Assembly: GCA_003344405.1 (NCBI GenBank)
Contig: NOWV01000012.1
Span: 806,001 to 870,000 of the forward strand
Direction: 5' to 3'
From: Trichoplax sp. H2
Taxonomy: Eukaryota
Length of the DNA: 64,000 nt
Translations under genes and position numbers: made by a program
Shown: piece by piece, positions 1 to 23,979 of the stretch
Numbering within the stretch: position 1 is the stretch's first letter
Layout of the letters: each line of letters opens with the position of its first letter
The notes under the pieces: generated by a model
Seen by the model: only the letters and a program-made list of their open reading frames with translations
The model's database searches: none
What the model was told of the DNA's origin: nothing

Positions 1-6730
<6,730 letters not shown>

Positions 6731-7029
6731 GACCGTCCAAATGTTCACTGTAAGTCGGACTGTTCAAGCACCGATATCGTCGAGGTCACTTTTGCCCTTT
6801 CTGCTGTGCAGTGCAGGTCAAGATTGAATCTGCGTTGACGTTGGAGTTTGACTAGACAAGGGTAGTGTGGCGTACTCTAGTCATACACCAACTTGCAATG
6901 GAATCCAATAGGCAATTGTAATAACGTAGAAATATTGTTTTAGTACCATAGCTGCAACGCCGAGGCACACTGCTGTACAATGTGTCCAGGGAAGAGACAA
7001 AGCGTGTGGTCTCCCGCCGTAACACACTC

Positions 7030-7279
7030 ACCTACAGTACGAAAACGAACACTGTAGACGTGATCGAACAACGGTCCACTCTGGTACTGTACTGTACGAG
7101 TACAGTATACTCTATCACAACGAGTACACTCGCGAGCTTGCTTACAGTCTGTTGTACTGTAGCCTCAGAGTACTGAGTACTCCTTGTGTACTGTACACTA
7201 CAGTGTACAGTACTTAATTTTACAGTACAGTAAAACCACGTACTGTACTGTACTGTACTAAGAAATAAAACAGCAGTAC
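7030..7279. repeat. TACAG/CTGTA (GTAC-rich) low-complexity tract upstream of NAA15
   Basis: Runs such as gtactgtactgtactgtac and tacagtgtacagtac. Confidence 0.8.
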
Positions 7280-7542
7280 AAATTGCTAGAAACATCAAGA
7301 GCCCAAGGTTGAAATGATCGACAGCATTTGACTCCAATATACAGTATTACACATGCATTGATTGATGTGGAATTGGAGTCCAATTTTAATGTACTGTAAA
7401 TGCCTTCAAAATTGATAGAAACATCAAGAGCCCAAGGTTGAAATGTTCGACAGTATTTGACTCCAATATACAGTATTACACATGCACTGATTGATGTGGA
7501 ATTGGAGTCCAATTGAATGTACTGTAAATGCCTTCAAAATTG
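7280..7542. repeat. Tandem direct duplication, 2 x ~129 bp
   Basis: aaattg(c/a)tagaaacatcaagagcccaaggttgaaatg...gtactgtaaatgccttc starts at 7280 and 7409 with few differences. Confidence 0.95.
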
Positions 7543-7751
7543 GAAAAGATCTAATAATTAATGAAAGGCTATACAGCTGAATAGCTTTCAACCAGTATAG
7601 AGAGCTCGCCACGCCCTGAAATCATGGCCTGTTGTACTGTACTGTGAACTGTTCTATTACTGTATTTGCTGAGTATACGTGTAAGTCCATTGGCACAGAT
7701 CAGAAAGAAACCTGAAGTTTCTTTCAACTCTTTTTGCTGCAAAAGTGTAGA

Positions 7752-7797
7752 ACCATGGACTAGTCAATCTTACCGGTAAGATTACGTCGTCCATGGT
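7752..7797. repeat. Interrupted palindrome/hairpin
   Basis: accatggac-tagtc-aatcttaccggtaagatt-acgtc-gtccatggt: a perfect 18-bp central palindrome with perfect 9-bp outer arms. Confidence 0.85.
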
Positions 7798-8059
7798 AGA
7801 ACTGTAGAGGATACTGTACTATACTGTACTGTAGGATAAAAAGGGTCTGACTCACTTCCTTGCATAAAGATACAAGTATAATCACTTCGATGCGTCCTTG
7901 TAAAAAGCTTGAGTACTGTTGGAAACTTCCATTAATTAACCTTAATTATTTCATTAATTAAAACGTCCCATGGAGACCGTCATAGACAGATGGACTACTA
8001 GACGATGTAAGATTGAGTAGTCTACAGTATGTGTTATGGACTCCATACCATGCTATGCA

Positions 8060-8290
8060 AAACTGTAAGTACGGTACCGGTACAGTACAGTACTGTAAAA
8101 AGAGGTCTGAAGTCTGTAGCTTACCAGTCGTGAGTTGGGTACTGTACAGTACAGTACGTACAGACCTGACTGTACGTACTGTACAGTACACGTGGACAGT
8201 GCAGCAGTGGATCCTGAGTGTCGTGTACTGTACAGTGTACAGTGTACAGTCTACAGTGTATTGTACTGTACAATTGGACTACTGGACTTG
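8060..8290. repeat. TACAG/CTGTA tract upstream of RNF121, containing a 13-bp-arm hairpin
   Basis: acagtacgtacag-acctga-ctgtacgtactgt near 8151-8182, plus multiple tacagtg and tactg units. Confidence 0.8.
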
Positions 8291-9719
8291 ACTGATGGAT
8301 TGGTGTTGACGAGTTCCTTAAGGTTAAAGCATTGGTTTCCTTCCCTACGATACAACTACTGAATGGACTGACAAAAAAGAGGGTGAGAAAACTGCCTAGT
8401 TTATCATCGATTCAACGTATAGACTACTCAATTTGGTAGGTATAGAATACTGTACAATCGTTTTCAATCATAGCCATCTCTTTCGATTGACTGTATTCTG
8501 CAATTCATGACCAAGAAATAGAGTCAATGGTCTGAACTTGCGGTCTCTCGTTGGCTTCAGTGCTGTTCGGTAGAATAATAATAAGTAGACAGTAGTGAAT
8601 GAATATTGTTCTAATTTGGCCTATCCAAATGAAATTACACTACGGTCTGCTAGTGACAGTCATTATGCTTTCAGTCTATTAATGACTGGATTAGACATAC
8701 TATACTGTTACGTCGAGCATGTTTCCATCGATTTCTGATGTGTATACCGCGCGTCTATACGGATAGGATCGTACACCTCTTGAATGCATCAATTAATTAA
8801 TCCATATACAGCACACGTACATACGTATACCCTGCGCTAGGTCAATAATAATCAATACCAGACCCAATATGAACTTGTGTCATATCCAAAAGCAACTTAA
8901 TACCTCATATGTAGACTGTTTAGAGAAAATCAATCATTCAGTTCATATGAATACTTTTGAAACCCTACTGTTGGTGAATACATACATACCATATCAAGTA
9001 GTCATCCAAGGTGTTGTTGTAAAAGCATGGCAAATACATAATAGTCTGCAAAGAGTAATTTATTGATCGATTTTGGATTACCGTAATAACAATAGATTGT
9101 TGTTCACGTACGGTTAATAATATTAAGAATGAACGCTAATTGCTGGACACGAATAATACTCGGATATAATTATAATTATTATTCGTCTTTATTATCAATG
9201 AGTAAAGTAGATCTACCGTCATAATTGCTTGTCAGGTAATACAGTGTGATTAATGCTTGACTTATTTGGATGACAATCATCATCTTGTTTTAAAAGTACA
9301 GCCCAACACATCAGCTCTGACTGCGTTCGGAGATTAACATCTGACAGTGATTGAGACAGTTGACTTTAAAGGTATATTGTATGGTAAATAGGATTTCAAA
9401 GTATTAACAGATTTAGAGTCAATTTTTGCCTGCTATATAATAATCAATCAACTACTGTCTATCATAGCTAGTTCAAAAATCAGATCATTTAAATTGATCG
9501 AATAAACAGCCGTGGACCATTTGTTATCATAGCTTATCGTACAATATATGTTTTGATCATATTTAAATATATAACACTTGCTGCTCTTCTGTATCATGTT
9601 TATAACCTGTAAGCTTTTGACTGTGCTACTAATTTATCTTCATATATTTTATCTCTAGGTAATTAAAACTACTCATAGCCGACGTATTGCTAGATTAGTT
9701 ACAATCAATTGAATTTGTC

Positions 9720-11774
<2,055 letters not shown>

Positions 11775-13891
11775 TTGGCAATATTTACGCAATGCGTATT
11801 ATTCACGAAAAATTAAGCCGTAGAACATTATTCGATTAATAAATATGCGTTCTATCCATAGTTAATTAATTAATCTTTGGTTACATTTTTAAGTATGATT
11901 CAATAATTCATCAAATCATAGTTTACCAAAATTAGATTTGACATACTGTATTATCACTCATATATCGCTAATAAGTGGGTTTACTATTCAGATCAGTGAC
12001 TAGTACGCGTTCTTTAAACAACTTCGATTCATATAAATAATATGGAGAAATTTTTTTTATAAGTAAATGACCCATTACATAAGTATACATATCTTGCAAA
12101 ATTTTCGCACACCACTTAGATATTCACAGAGCGTAGCTGTCTTTAGGATAATATTATAAATTTTATTGCTTAAAATACTAGGTAACTTGTACAAAATATT
12201 ATTCATGCATGAGACGATTTGTGCATACATCTGCTTCGCATGTATTATTATCTTGAAATCCTAACCATTCATTTGGCTAACTATTTTATCCTTCAGCCTC
12301 TGATGAGACCTGTTGATAACAGTTAATGATATGCAATAAATAAAATTTTATGCTCGTGAAATTTTTTGTCCCAGTCTTCCAGGCTAAGCCAATATTGCGT
12401 GCGTACGGTATGCGGCATCGATATCTCGTACGAATGGTTAATGACAAGGTACGATAGAAGGTTTGCATGCAGTGGCTTGCTTGTTACTCAAGTAAAGAAG
12501 GATAAAATACCCAAATATTCTTATATCACCGTGGATAATATTAGCTCTATAAGTAGAACATGCACACAGATTTGTTATCAAATTTTCATATCTGCAGCCG
12601 ATACAAAACTCGAAGTACTATAATATACTCGTATACACAGTCTATCATCATTGCGCTTGCTTACGGCAGAATCAGCTACTTATAGTATACAGACAAAGAT
12701 ACTGTATATCATCAATATACAGTAATAAAATGAATTGTTTTGTATTATAGACTTGCATTATTTATGAGCGAAGTAATCTGCGATTGAGTCAATACTACAG
12801 TAAATTGATATTAGTATAGTAGTAATTAATGATTGAAAAGCAAATGGCGAAAGATCAGATACCAAATATCTAGCATCAACGGTATGCTAGAACTCGATCA
12901 TATGTCTTCACGATATTGTGTAATGACATTGCAGATTTACATTATGAAATGGTTTAGGAGGTTTCGTCGTTCGAAAACTATAACACATACTCGTATACTA
13001 ATTATTGGATTCATGATTTAGATTGAAAGAGTAACATTGCAAATTTCAATTACAATTATAAAGGACTTTAATGTTGTATACTACTATATTTAACAAAATT
13101 ATACCATATATAACAAGTGTTTAATGGTGAAGCCGTAGTTTTAACACGGAAACTTATTCGGCTGATATAGCATTTGCAAATTATTCAATTTGATATGAAA
13201 GGTATTCTAAAAGACATACTAAGTTGTGATAGCCAATCGCCAATAGCGTACAGTGAAGCTTCCGTTGATTCAAGCTATAGTTTTAAAATCGTTGGAATAA
13301 AAAACAAGAAATAGAAAAACTATTTTTAAATTGGAGCAGTGGCGATAACTACTTTGCATCATGTAACTGTTACATGCCATTTCGAATGCCGCATATACGA
13401 TAAATAAGTACATATATATATTCGAATGCAATAAGCAGTAATTATATCTAACTTGCATTCAAATATGTTCACGGTAGAGCAAAAGAATTACATCAAATAA
13501 ACGATCAAGTTGATCCAATTGGCAATTTTAAATTTAAAATTAATATAGTAAAACCTTTTTTACTATTTCACTAATTTGCTACTACGACACTACACTATAA
13601 AATTAGTCTTATTTTAATAATTACAGCATTTAAAGGATATATCATAAAGTGTGGGATAATAATACAGCGATTTACAATTTCATAATTCCTTTACTATCAC
13701 TAGCGACGTGTAATAGTTTGTATACGTGTATGTATGTATGTATAGTATCACATTCATTAAAACCCATTAATTTGCATGATAGTTTACTTGATACTCATAA
13801 TCATCTACTTTAAGTTTGAACTTTTCTATTAGATACATTATCATTGATGTTTTGTTGGATTGTAGTAAAGATATTAATTTGCTAATGCGCA

Positions 13892-16800
13892 TTAAACTAC
13901 ACTGTTACGTTCAGCTAATACTTTCGATGATGCAGTCGAAGAATTGGTATGACTGACTTTTTTAGCTGTTTTAGGTGTTAAAATGCCTAATTTTTTTCTA
14001 AGTACACTACCGGCTCTATGACTACTGCGCGTAACCTTTTTGGCCGAATTAGTGTAACCATTTTGACTAGTTGATTTAGTCTTATCCTGTTGATTGCGAT
14101 TTGGCTTTTTAAATTCGATAGCTTGATTTTCATTGGTAGTCGATGATAGCACTGTAGGAGCATTATTACCATTAGATGATAGTAAAGCATCTAAATTTCT
14201 TGATCGATGGCGCAATCGAACGCGTTTACTTTCATCATGCGATAATTCGTTGGTGGCATTTCTTTTTTGTTTACCATAATTCGGATGGTTGTTATTATTA
14301 CTAACACTAGTTTTAGCTGCTAATGTACTACCGTGTTTAATTTGCTCTTCAGTTATCAAAGTATCATTTGAGATTTGCAATTCAATTGGATAAGATGATT
14401 GTAAATGCGATGGATTTTGTTGATTTCGACGATTTAATTCACCTAAACGAGTCCAATCAAAATGTTCTGGTTCATCATCTACCGTCATAAGACTACCAAC
14501 AGTATGTAGGCAACCTTTACTTGTACCACGAATATATGTACTAGCTAAACGCCGTGATGCTTGTACTTCATTATCATCGATACTGCTTTGTTCTTGTTGA
14601 TGTAGATCTTGTTTCTGTTGCTTAGTATTGTCGTTCTCTTTCAATTTAGCAGCAATATCATTAACAATATACGTAATACTTTTACGATTAGAAAGCTTTG
14701 ATTTAATTGATGAATTTAGTGATCTGTTATGCGAGACTGAGTCATCCAAGCTATCATCAGAGTAATACTCGTTTAAATCACGTTGAATTCTATTGGAGCA
14801 CAATACTGATGTATCAAGTATCGATTGGTTTGTTGTGTTTACTGCGATTGTTGTGGCTGCTGTTCTTAGAGATTTTATGCTTCCCATTTTAACATGATCA
14901 TGATCATTATCATCTTTTAATTTACTATGGTCTTGCTGTTGCGATAACGACGACGATGGATTATCCTGTATATATTTCAATTGAGTATCTAATGAACGTA
15001 CTTGGCCGCGCAGACGATTGTTAATTTTTTGCTCTTCTCTCAATTTAATTTCAGCAACATGTTTACCTTGGCTTAACAAATCATTATCGCGAACAAGGTA
15101 ACGGATTTTATTATATAACTTGGCCAATTCATCTTCTTTAATATTAAATTGACTTTTACGGCCATCATTATTAACGGGTATAACTTTTTCTGGATTATCT
15201 TTTAATTCCTCATATTTTGTTCTCATTTCTTTATATTGTGATTGTATATCCTGCAACGATTGCGATAATAAGATAGCATTATTGGTTGTAGTATCAGCTT
15301 GTTCTTTTTGTATATGTTGCAACAATTTATCTTGATACTCAGTTGCTTTCTTTTCTAATTGAGCTAAATTATTATCTTTTAAAATTAATTGACTTTTCAG
15401 TTGATTAATATCTTCATCATTCTGAGTTAATTTCTTTTCTAATTCTTGCACGCGATCATTAGTAAGACATTTGTTATGCTGTTCGTCTTGTAGTTTTTTG
15501 CTAAGTTCTTGAATGTCACTTGATAATTTGCATTTTTCTTCTGCATTGCTCCGTAAACTATTTTGTAATTGATTACATTTCAAGCGATAATCATTGGCAC
15601 ATTGATGCGCTTGTTTAATTTCGTTATCGTAACGTTGATGCAAGGCAACTTCTTCACTTAATTGTCTAGCCAATTCTTGTTGGTCCTTTAACCATTGCTT
15701 TTCCGATAACTTTAATTGATCAACTTGTTTTTGTAATGATTTCTTGAGGTCATCAGTTTCTTTCTGATACCTCACTTCAATTTCAGTCAATTTTGATTGC
15801 AATTGATCGATTACTTTCTTGTTTTTAGCTATTATCTGCTGATTCTGATTTAGTTCTGTATCTTTCTCTTCTTCTGCTTTGGTTAATTGTTCTTTAAGTA
15901 TTCTCTGATTTTGTTCATTATCTTTCTTATACTGATCATGTAAGGCAGTAATTTCTACCTTTAATGACGCGATAATATCATCTTTTTGTTGAATGCGTTC
16001 GTTAAGATCTTTCTTCAATTCCATTTTAAGATTTTGAACTTCATTATTAGCAAGCATAACTTTCTCTTCAGTATTTTGTAACAATGCTTGATGATTTGTA
16101 TCCTTCTCGGTTAAATTATCATTCATTGATTTAATTAAATGTTGTTGTTGACTTAATTGCTTTTCATATTTTTTAACGGCAACATCAAGTTCCTTTTCCA
16201 GTTGGTTAACCTTAACTTGTAATTCTTGCTTTTTCTCCTCATTGTATTGATATTTTCCTTTCAATTGACTGTGCATTAAGTCAAGTTCCCTTATTTGCTG
16301 CTGATAGGAAAAGGCTAGTCGTTGGTTATCTTCTTCTTTGGTGTTAAATTCAAGTTGTAATTGTTTTAATTGAAGCGTGTACTTTTCTTCCATATCAACT
16401 TTGGCTTTCTTAATTTGATCAAGTTGCTGTTCTAATTCTTTTATGTTCATTTTCATTTGTGATGTAGATTTGTCCAGTTTTTCCTGAAGATTTTGTAAAT
16501 CATTGGATAATTCTTGTTCTTTAGCATGATAATCTTCAATTTTTAAATTAAATGCTTCTTTCATTTGATGACGTTGTTCGATCTCATTTTGCAATTGATG
16601 ATTAATATTTTCAATATTAATTGAATGCTGCTTATGTATTTCTTCTATCAGTATTTGCTTAGCTGCAATATTGTGTTTAGCATCATCAAGTTGAGAGTTA
16701 GCTTCTTTAACTTTTACTTCTAAGGTTTCTTTGCACGTAAGCATATCCCGTAGTTGACTTTCAAGCTGAACATTTCGAAGATCGACATCATCTTTAATCG

Positions 16801-19800
16801 CTTTCATTTCATCAAGTTGCGTTTGAAGTTGATTAGTTTCGCATTCCAAGTGATTTAATCGTTCATGAGCTTCTAATGTCAAAGCCATACCACCAGTTGT
16901 TTCAGTTGCCTTAAAAGCTAAAAGAATATTATTTCAAAGAAAATTGTTAGACCGTTATATAAATGTTATGTTACTTCACTATACTTTGACTACACCTATA
17001 AATTCTCAAATTTTAATTACCAATTTCTTCTAACTGTTTTTGTTGTTCTTCAAATTGAACTGTGCGCTCTTTTAGTAATTCGGTAGTTTGTTCTTGTGCT
17101 AGCAGTAACTATCAAGCAAGAGAAAACAAGGAACGAAGCCAAACATTTGAGGTTCTCATTGATTCTGTACACGGCAGTTTTAATACACTTGAGAACAAAC
17201 TATGGTGTACATTGACTTTCTGTATACTCATCAAAGCTAATACGTAAATTTTATAGTGTCCTGGCTAATCATGAATCTTGAAGATTACAATGATTAAATA
17301 TAGAATACGTTTTGATAGTATCATTCGATACAAATCTACAGAATGTATAATATCGTACCTCATTTCTTTCTTGAGTTAACTTAGAAACAGTAACATCTGC
17401 TAATGTCAATTTTCCTCGCAATTCATCAATTGCGGATTCCGCTTGATCTAACTGATTTTGGATATTTTGGTTTTCAATGTCGAAACGGTAGGTAGCTTTC
17501 AACTAATAAATATACAATATGAAATCAAGATAAAACATAATTAGCTGTATAATTTCAACTTTAAGGTCAATATAATATAAATTAATTAGTAACGTAATCA
17601 ATTTCACAATTCAAAGTTCCAAAGTGAATTTTAACCGTTAGGCAATTTACTTTATCTTCCAGATTGTCTTTATCAGCAAGTAAATCTGCAACTTTGTTTT
17701 CCAATTCGTTGTATCCGTTTCGAATACCCTCCATTTCGTGTAAGCGTTGCCGAAGTCTAAACAGAACGAAATCGTTTTAAATAGCTACTTTTTTACTCCG
17801 TAGCGTATTGACCAGTTGTTACGATTGTGATGACATAAACAGAAATTATGCGAATGCATTTAATTAATACAAAAAATGATAAAAATTAATGTACATGTAA
17901 TAAGAAACAGTTATCGCAGGCAACTATGTATAAAAGTAGTTATAAAGTATGAACTATGTACATGCATGTATATTATATTGGTATTCAATGATACTGAATA
18001 TAATTTTAAAGCCAATGATATAATTCCTTACTTATCAATTTCGCAGTCTTTTGAATCAACATGATCTTGTAACATCGCGATGCCATCTAATTGTTGCTTA
18101 ACCAGATTAAGCTCACTGACTTGTTTGGTTAATTCTTTAATTTTTAGCTCTTTTTATATAAAGAGATTTAACTTATTAGCATTAAATATATTCTAAAATT
18201 GTTTTTAGCTAAGTATTCAGACTTAATTTTTTTAAGATTTATTGTATTGCATAAAAGAACTCACCTTTTTCCTGAATGATTTTGTTTTTTTCATTTAACT
18301 CCGATTCAAACTCAACTTCATTACCTTTATGAGATTTAAGTTGCCTTTTTAATGTGTCGATTCTTCTTTCCATTTGCAGTTCTTTCATCTATTTTAGAAT
18401 TAAATAAAAGATAATTAAAAAATTTTCGTAGGTTAGGTTTATCAATCACTTTTATAGCTTTCAGAGCGTAAATTTTTTATGTAGAAAGGTAGGTAAAAAT
18501 ACCTGCTTTTGTCTGTTGGCAAGATGTGGAGAGCAAAAGTTCTTTGCTATCATAGGTGAATATGCCATATTTATAAAACTGGGTTCTCTGGGAGATGAAG
18601 ATAAACAATATTCATCTTCTAAAATGCTCATTCTATCTACGTTCCCTAGTTTGATGTCAAAAGAAGTTGAAATATTTTTGAGAAGTTAGTATTTTATCTC
18701 CATTTCTAAAACCTAAAGTCATAATTTTCAAGTTAGGAAATAACTAACCATTTAACTTTATATTTTCTAATAGTGAACTAGTTAATTCGTTAGTCTCAAC
18801 TAGATCTGATACATGTTCTATTGCACTCTTGATAATTAATTGCACGTTGTTGTCCAGTTTGGTAATACAATTAATAAATATGGCCACATTATTACAGTGT
18901 ACAGCACAGCTTAATAATAGTGTAACCACCTATATAAGAAATATGTAAATGATATAAAATGTGTTATGATCGGTATTTTAATAATAACATTACCAACGTC
19001 AAGTAAAGCCAAATTTTAGGTTTATATCCAATTTACTAATTTTAAGTAATTTAACTAGTTCTTTGAATGATAGTGGTATTTATTGTTTATAAGATCTACT
19101 GTAATGATAATTTAACAATATTTCAATTTCATACTTGGTTAATTTGTTCTTATTAAGATTAAATGAGTAGTTGTGCATACCGCCGATATTCGAAGTACTT
19201 AATGCACTAACAATTAATTACTTTGAAATAAGTTGATATTTATGACACATACTTAATATTAGGTAAGACATGTTGGTGACTCAAATTTTACCTTCATAAT
19301 TTCGTCAGTATCGCAATTGACAACGATTTTCTTGCTACTGACAATATTTTTTAAAGGCTGTTGATAGAACTCTGTTTAAGATGATATAATCGACGAAATA
19401 TTAACTTTTTAGTAGAGCTTTTAACATCTACGATTTGAGATAGAAAACTACTACAATTATAGACCAGTTAATCATAATTAATGACTTTATTACCGTAATC
19501 TATATTTAATGGTTAGATACAAGTACAGCTCAGTTGCAATAGAATATGAAGTTCTATTTCAATGTATTAAATAAGGCATTTCATGTTTTTTGACTATTTC
19601 TACTTTTGTAATAATATCTATTGAGATATATAAATTTATCCTCATTTTTTACCTTCCATATAAGCAAATATTGCGCGATAGCGAGATTGCGGAGAATTAT
19701 CATTTTCGGTAGCATTAACTTTACATGTATCTTCACCGCTATGTAAGAAAATAATTTTACAAAATAAAGGCCATGCGTAACAAAAAATATTATGTACAGT

Positions 19801-22800
19801 ATTTGAACTAAAATAAACAGCATTGATTTTATAGTACAAATTACCTAAATCGTCTAATTACTTACTCTCAGAAAAGGAGCAATCGAAATACATTAACAAT
19901 TGTACCGCTTGTATTGTATTATAGCTAACATTAACAGTACTTAAGACTTTGGCGGTGCTCATATACTCGATCAGGAGAGTTATTGGTACGATTTGAGTGA
20001 GTTATATTAATAATTGTATTATTAAAAAACAATATATAAAAGCAATGTACTACAGCGCTGGAAAGTAACGGTTCATAGTCAAAGATCTAATTTAGTTAAC
20101 CTTCAGTAGACACTATATGACAATATGACGTAGTAAGTCATTCTCGAGTCCAGCTGATATCAAGATTGATATTAGCCGATCAGATATAAGATGTTAACCT
20201 TATTGGCTTTATATCGAATGATCACTCGAGTCCAAGTATTATTTATTTACATAATTTCGGGTAATGATATTTACTACCTTGTAAATGTACATTTTACGGA
20301 TAGCTGTAGTGGAAATAACATGTAAAATATTTACTAAGCGATTAAGCCAATCAGTTTTTAATGATAATTGGTTTAAAATTTGGTTCTACCAAAGGTGCTA
20401 ATTAATGCACTGTTATAATAATTTAAATAATCATGTGTTCTACTATTATTAAAGAGCCAATACCAACTGAAATTTTATTACTACATTATGACGTTATCCA
20501 GTTGCAGATGTATCATGATGTTGTATTCTTTAGTAAGGATAGAGAACTATGTTAGGGGATAGATGTACTATATTTATATATATACATATATTACATATAC
20601 AAGTATACAGATAGTTAAATTACAATAGTATGACCAGATGTTTTCTCACTAAAAGAGATTTTTCGCAACTATTCTATATTACCTAGTGTTGTAGACGTCT
20701 ATAAATCAATCTATAACTTATAATAGATTTCCTGTTCTATTAATTACATTGACACAGTAGCAGTTGTGCTTACTAAAAGTTAATTTTGAATACTTACAAT
20801 AATTTTAAAATATTGAATAAGATCTGTCCATCTTGTAATTCTTGATAGTGCTTAACTGTAGATGATATTACACCTGTACTGTTAATCTATAGCCATTTAA
20901 GAAACAGAAAATTAGATATGTAGACAAGGCAATAATGTAGTATAATGTTATTAAATATACAGTGCAACATGATCAAGATTTGTTACGGTATAAAGCAATT
21001 TTATGTTAATTTTAACACAAATTACACAAATTAGAGTCATTGTCAGGAAATAGATCTCATGGCATGTTAAAGTAATTAATCAATTAAGCTATCTGTGATA
21101 CAGGCATGTAAATGTTGTCCTCTATATGTGATATCTTGACTTTAAAATGATTTCCCAATTCTATTTTGCAAACATTTAGGAGGATATTAATAAAAAGTCT
21201 CCAGGCATTGTCGTAGATTCAAATGTCTGTTGTCTACGATAACAATAGAAATAATGAATAGCAGCAGACTGTAAACAATAGCTGGATGAAATTTATTTAT
21301 ATAACATCGACACGCATTGATCAATTATTTGATAATAACATATTGATCGGCTATTTCGTCTTGTTTATCATTGTTATAGTAAGAACTAGATAATCAGTCA
21401 TAATCTATTGTAGATATGATCGGTTTATTTACATGACAAATAAGTAACCATTTAGATATTAATTATTGACAATTCGATTACTACTTAATAGATTTGCTAA
21501 GGCATGTCATAAATGTAGATAAATAGGAGAAAAAAGTAGAAGGCCATGGTGAATGCTGACGCCGATATTTTACATTTTTCATCCTGAAATAGTTGGACCA
21601 ATTCGTAATTTACACAACATGCAATATCATAGAACGATGCCGATACTACCTTCTAATGTAATTTTACGTTTGAATACTTTGTAGTATTTTTTTAATTTAA
21701 TCTACTTAGCCAAGATTGAAGGCCAAGAAAAAAATAGAAACAATAATAGAACTCGAAATTTCACATTTTTTGAAATAAATGCTTGGCTCATTATTAAAAT
21801 GTTAGACTTAGGTATAAGCACTCTTAATAGATTATTGTGAATAAAGGTACTTGAATTTCTATTTTAGCCAAGCTGTTATTGTCCAACTCAGCTTAATCGT
21901 GATTATGAATTTGCGTTTCCGTAGTAGATCACTGCAATCAGTCACATTCATTAAGCTGCAGTAGTTTATGGTATTTCTACACTTTAAAATAGGTTGATCA
22001 ATTTGTTAATGAATTTATCCCTTGATTTAGACGTGCCTGATAGAGTACAGTAGACGCATATAACAGTACCAAGCAGAAAAAATTTAAAAATATCAAACTC
22101 GACACTTTGTCGTTATACCTTGATGTGATTAATAACTACTAGGCGGCTAACTGTAAATCGTATCCTAAAAATATCAGATGACAGTCGTATACGAATCTTA
22201 AGATATTCCACGATAATGAATTTATCGCCTTCGTTGTCATCAATATTTGATGTAGATGAACGCTTGATATTAATATTTAACGTAAAAAATATGCTTTACA
22301 TTTAAATGGACAATCGTTGTTTATAGTCTATTACAGGTACTACATTCCATAGATCAATAGAACTATTTAGAATTTCTTCTCTCGTAGTTCTATGAACTAG
22401 TGATTGATAGACATCGCTCCAATTAATTGATTCTAGCATCATTTAGAGATATCGATTTATTCATAAAAATGTACAGTACAATTGCAAACGGAATACTAAT
22501 CCATTTATAACGTATTCAGACAAAAGGGCGAAAAGATTTCTTTTCTAAAGCGGTAAACACGCGAGATGCTACTTATCATCTACTGCATTTAGCATCCTTA
22601 TTAAATATAATGGAAGAGAGGATTAAAATTTTTTAGTCTTTTATGATGATGATATACTGTAGTTCTTTAGACTCTTTCAGATTTAGTTGTGAACCTAAAT
22701 CTTAGTCAATCGATTGTCAACTGAAGTACAGTAATAAGCTTGCAATAGTTGGTTGAAAGAAATTTTCAGTATCTACTTATCTCTATCTGTCCACATTGTT

Positions 22801-23979
22801 TTAAATTAATATTTTCAAATATTGAACTATATTAGCGTAACAGATTGTTAATGAAACGCGGAAATAGTTGTAATTTCCCCTAAACTATTATTACAATCTA
22901 GAATAATAGAAGAATACGCCATTTCGAATGCAAACCAATGTTATCTTTTAAATTGAAATATGTATATTATAGACATATATCTATATTGCCTACTAAAGCC
23001 GTTTAATTGTTGAAGAAATTGTTAATCCTTGAAGGTAATTCTCTTTATTTGAAATGGGCAACTTGCTATTATTGTTCTAGTTATATTGATGCCACAGGGT
23101 CTACATTGCATATAAATACCGTATGGTTATCCTCTTCGTGGACGTTTAAACTCGTGCCACAAAAATACGCATATCAGTTTATTCTCGTTTATCATAAATT
23201 GGAATGGAACTAGTATAAGATGCTACTGTTTATGGAATGAAAACATTGTTCAATTGAAATATACGGTAATTGCATAATACGTCCAAGTTGGATCGATTAA
23301 CTTGACAGGTTAAAGGCGAAAGAAACAAAATTGTAGCGTTTGAATGAGACTCTTTTATATGAGAGAGCTCTTGTTAAATCTCTATTTTACCTTGATGGCT
23401 ATAAATGATGAATTGCAAAAAATTTTCTTGAATAAGGATCTTATTGATTATTGCTATGATAGATGTCGTAAGTAAAAAAAGGCTAAAAAATCAGTCGAAA
23501 TGGTTGTTATGCCCGTGTATTATCCTATGGGTTAATGCACAATACGTTAACTATAGTGTGCTATTTAGGAAATGTGATCGATCGCGATAAATAGGGGATT
23601 ATTATATCGATTTCCATATCTTCAGGAAATAATAACCTAGCAAGTTACACCATTTCAAAAAATAAGTCACTAGAGCCAAAGGACATAATATGATTCAGAC
23701 TTTTTATCAATGGAAATGGCTTTCTTGATATTTTTGTTGTATTTTTACTAAGTTTGAAGTACTTTTATAGTTCTATCTATCCTACGAGTACTATATCATT
23801 TTTTTTAGATTGCAATTTTAACAACGCTCATTTACGTTGGTTACGGTTAAGTAATCGCACAGTAATCGTCATAACAAGCAGAAAAGGTACTTGCTGTTAG
23901 CCTATTTGTAGTTGATACTGATCCATTCTGAATAACTTACCCATTCTAAAAGCGCAATGTGAAGCTGCTTGTTTGTCAT
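13892..23979 (-). CDS. NUMA1: Nuclear mitotic apparatus protein (NuMA)-like: N-terminal Hook/CH-like domain, long coiled coil, C-terminal NLM motif; ~3 kb terminal exon (13892-16917)
   Basis: The start exon MTNKQLHIALLEW|gtaagt (ATG 23979) splices to INSTGVISSTVKHYQELQDGQILFNILKL, which is Hook-domain-like. A heptad-rich coiled coil follows. The tail motif DDEPEHFDWTRLGELNRRNQQNPSHLQSSYPIE resembles the NuMA/LIN-5/Mud motif. Confidence 0.85.

Noticed and set aside
6982-8362. Short ORFs rich in Y/S/T/V/Q/C (also at 26216-26632, 29499-29959, 45567-46623 and 52219-53108)
   Set aside because: They are translations of the TACAG/CTGTA repeats, which lack stop codons, and have no protein-like features.
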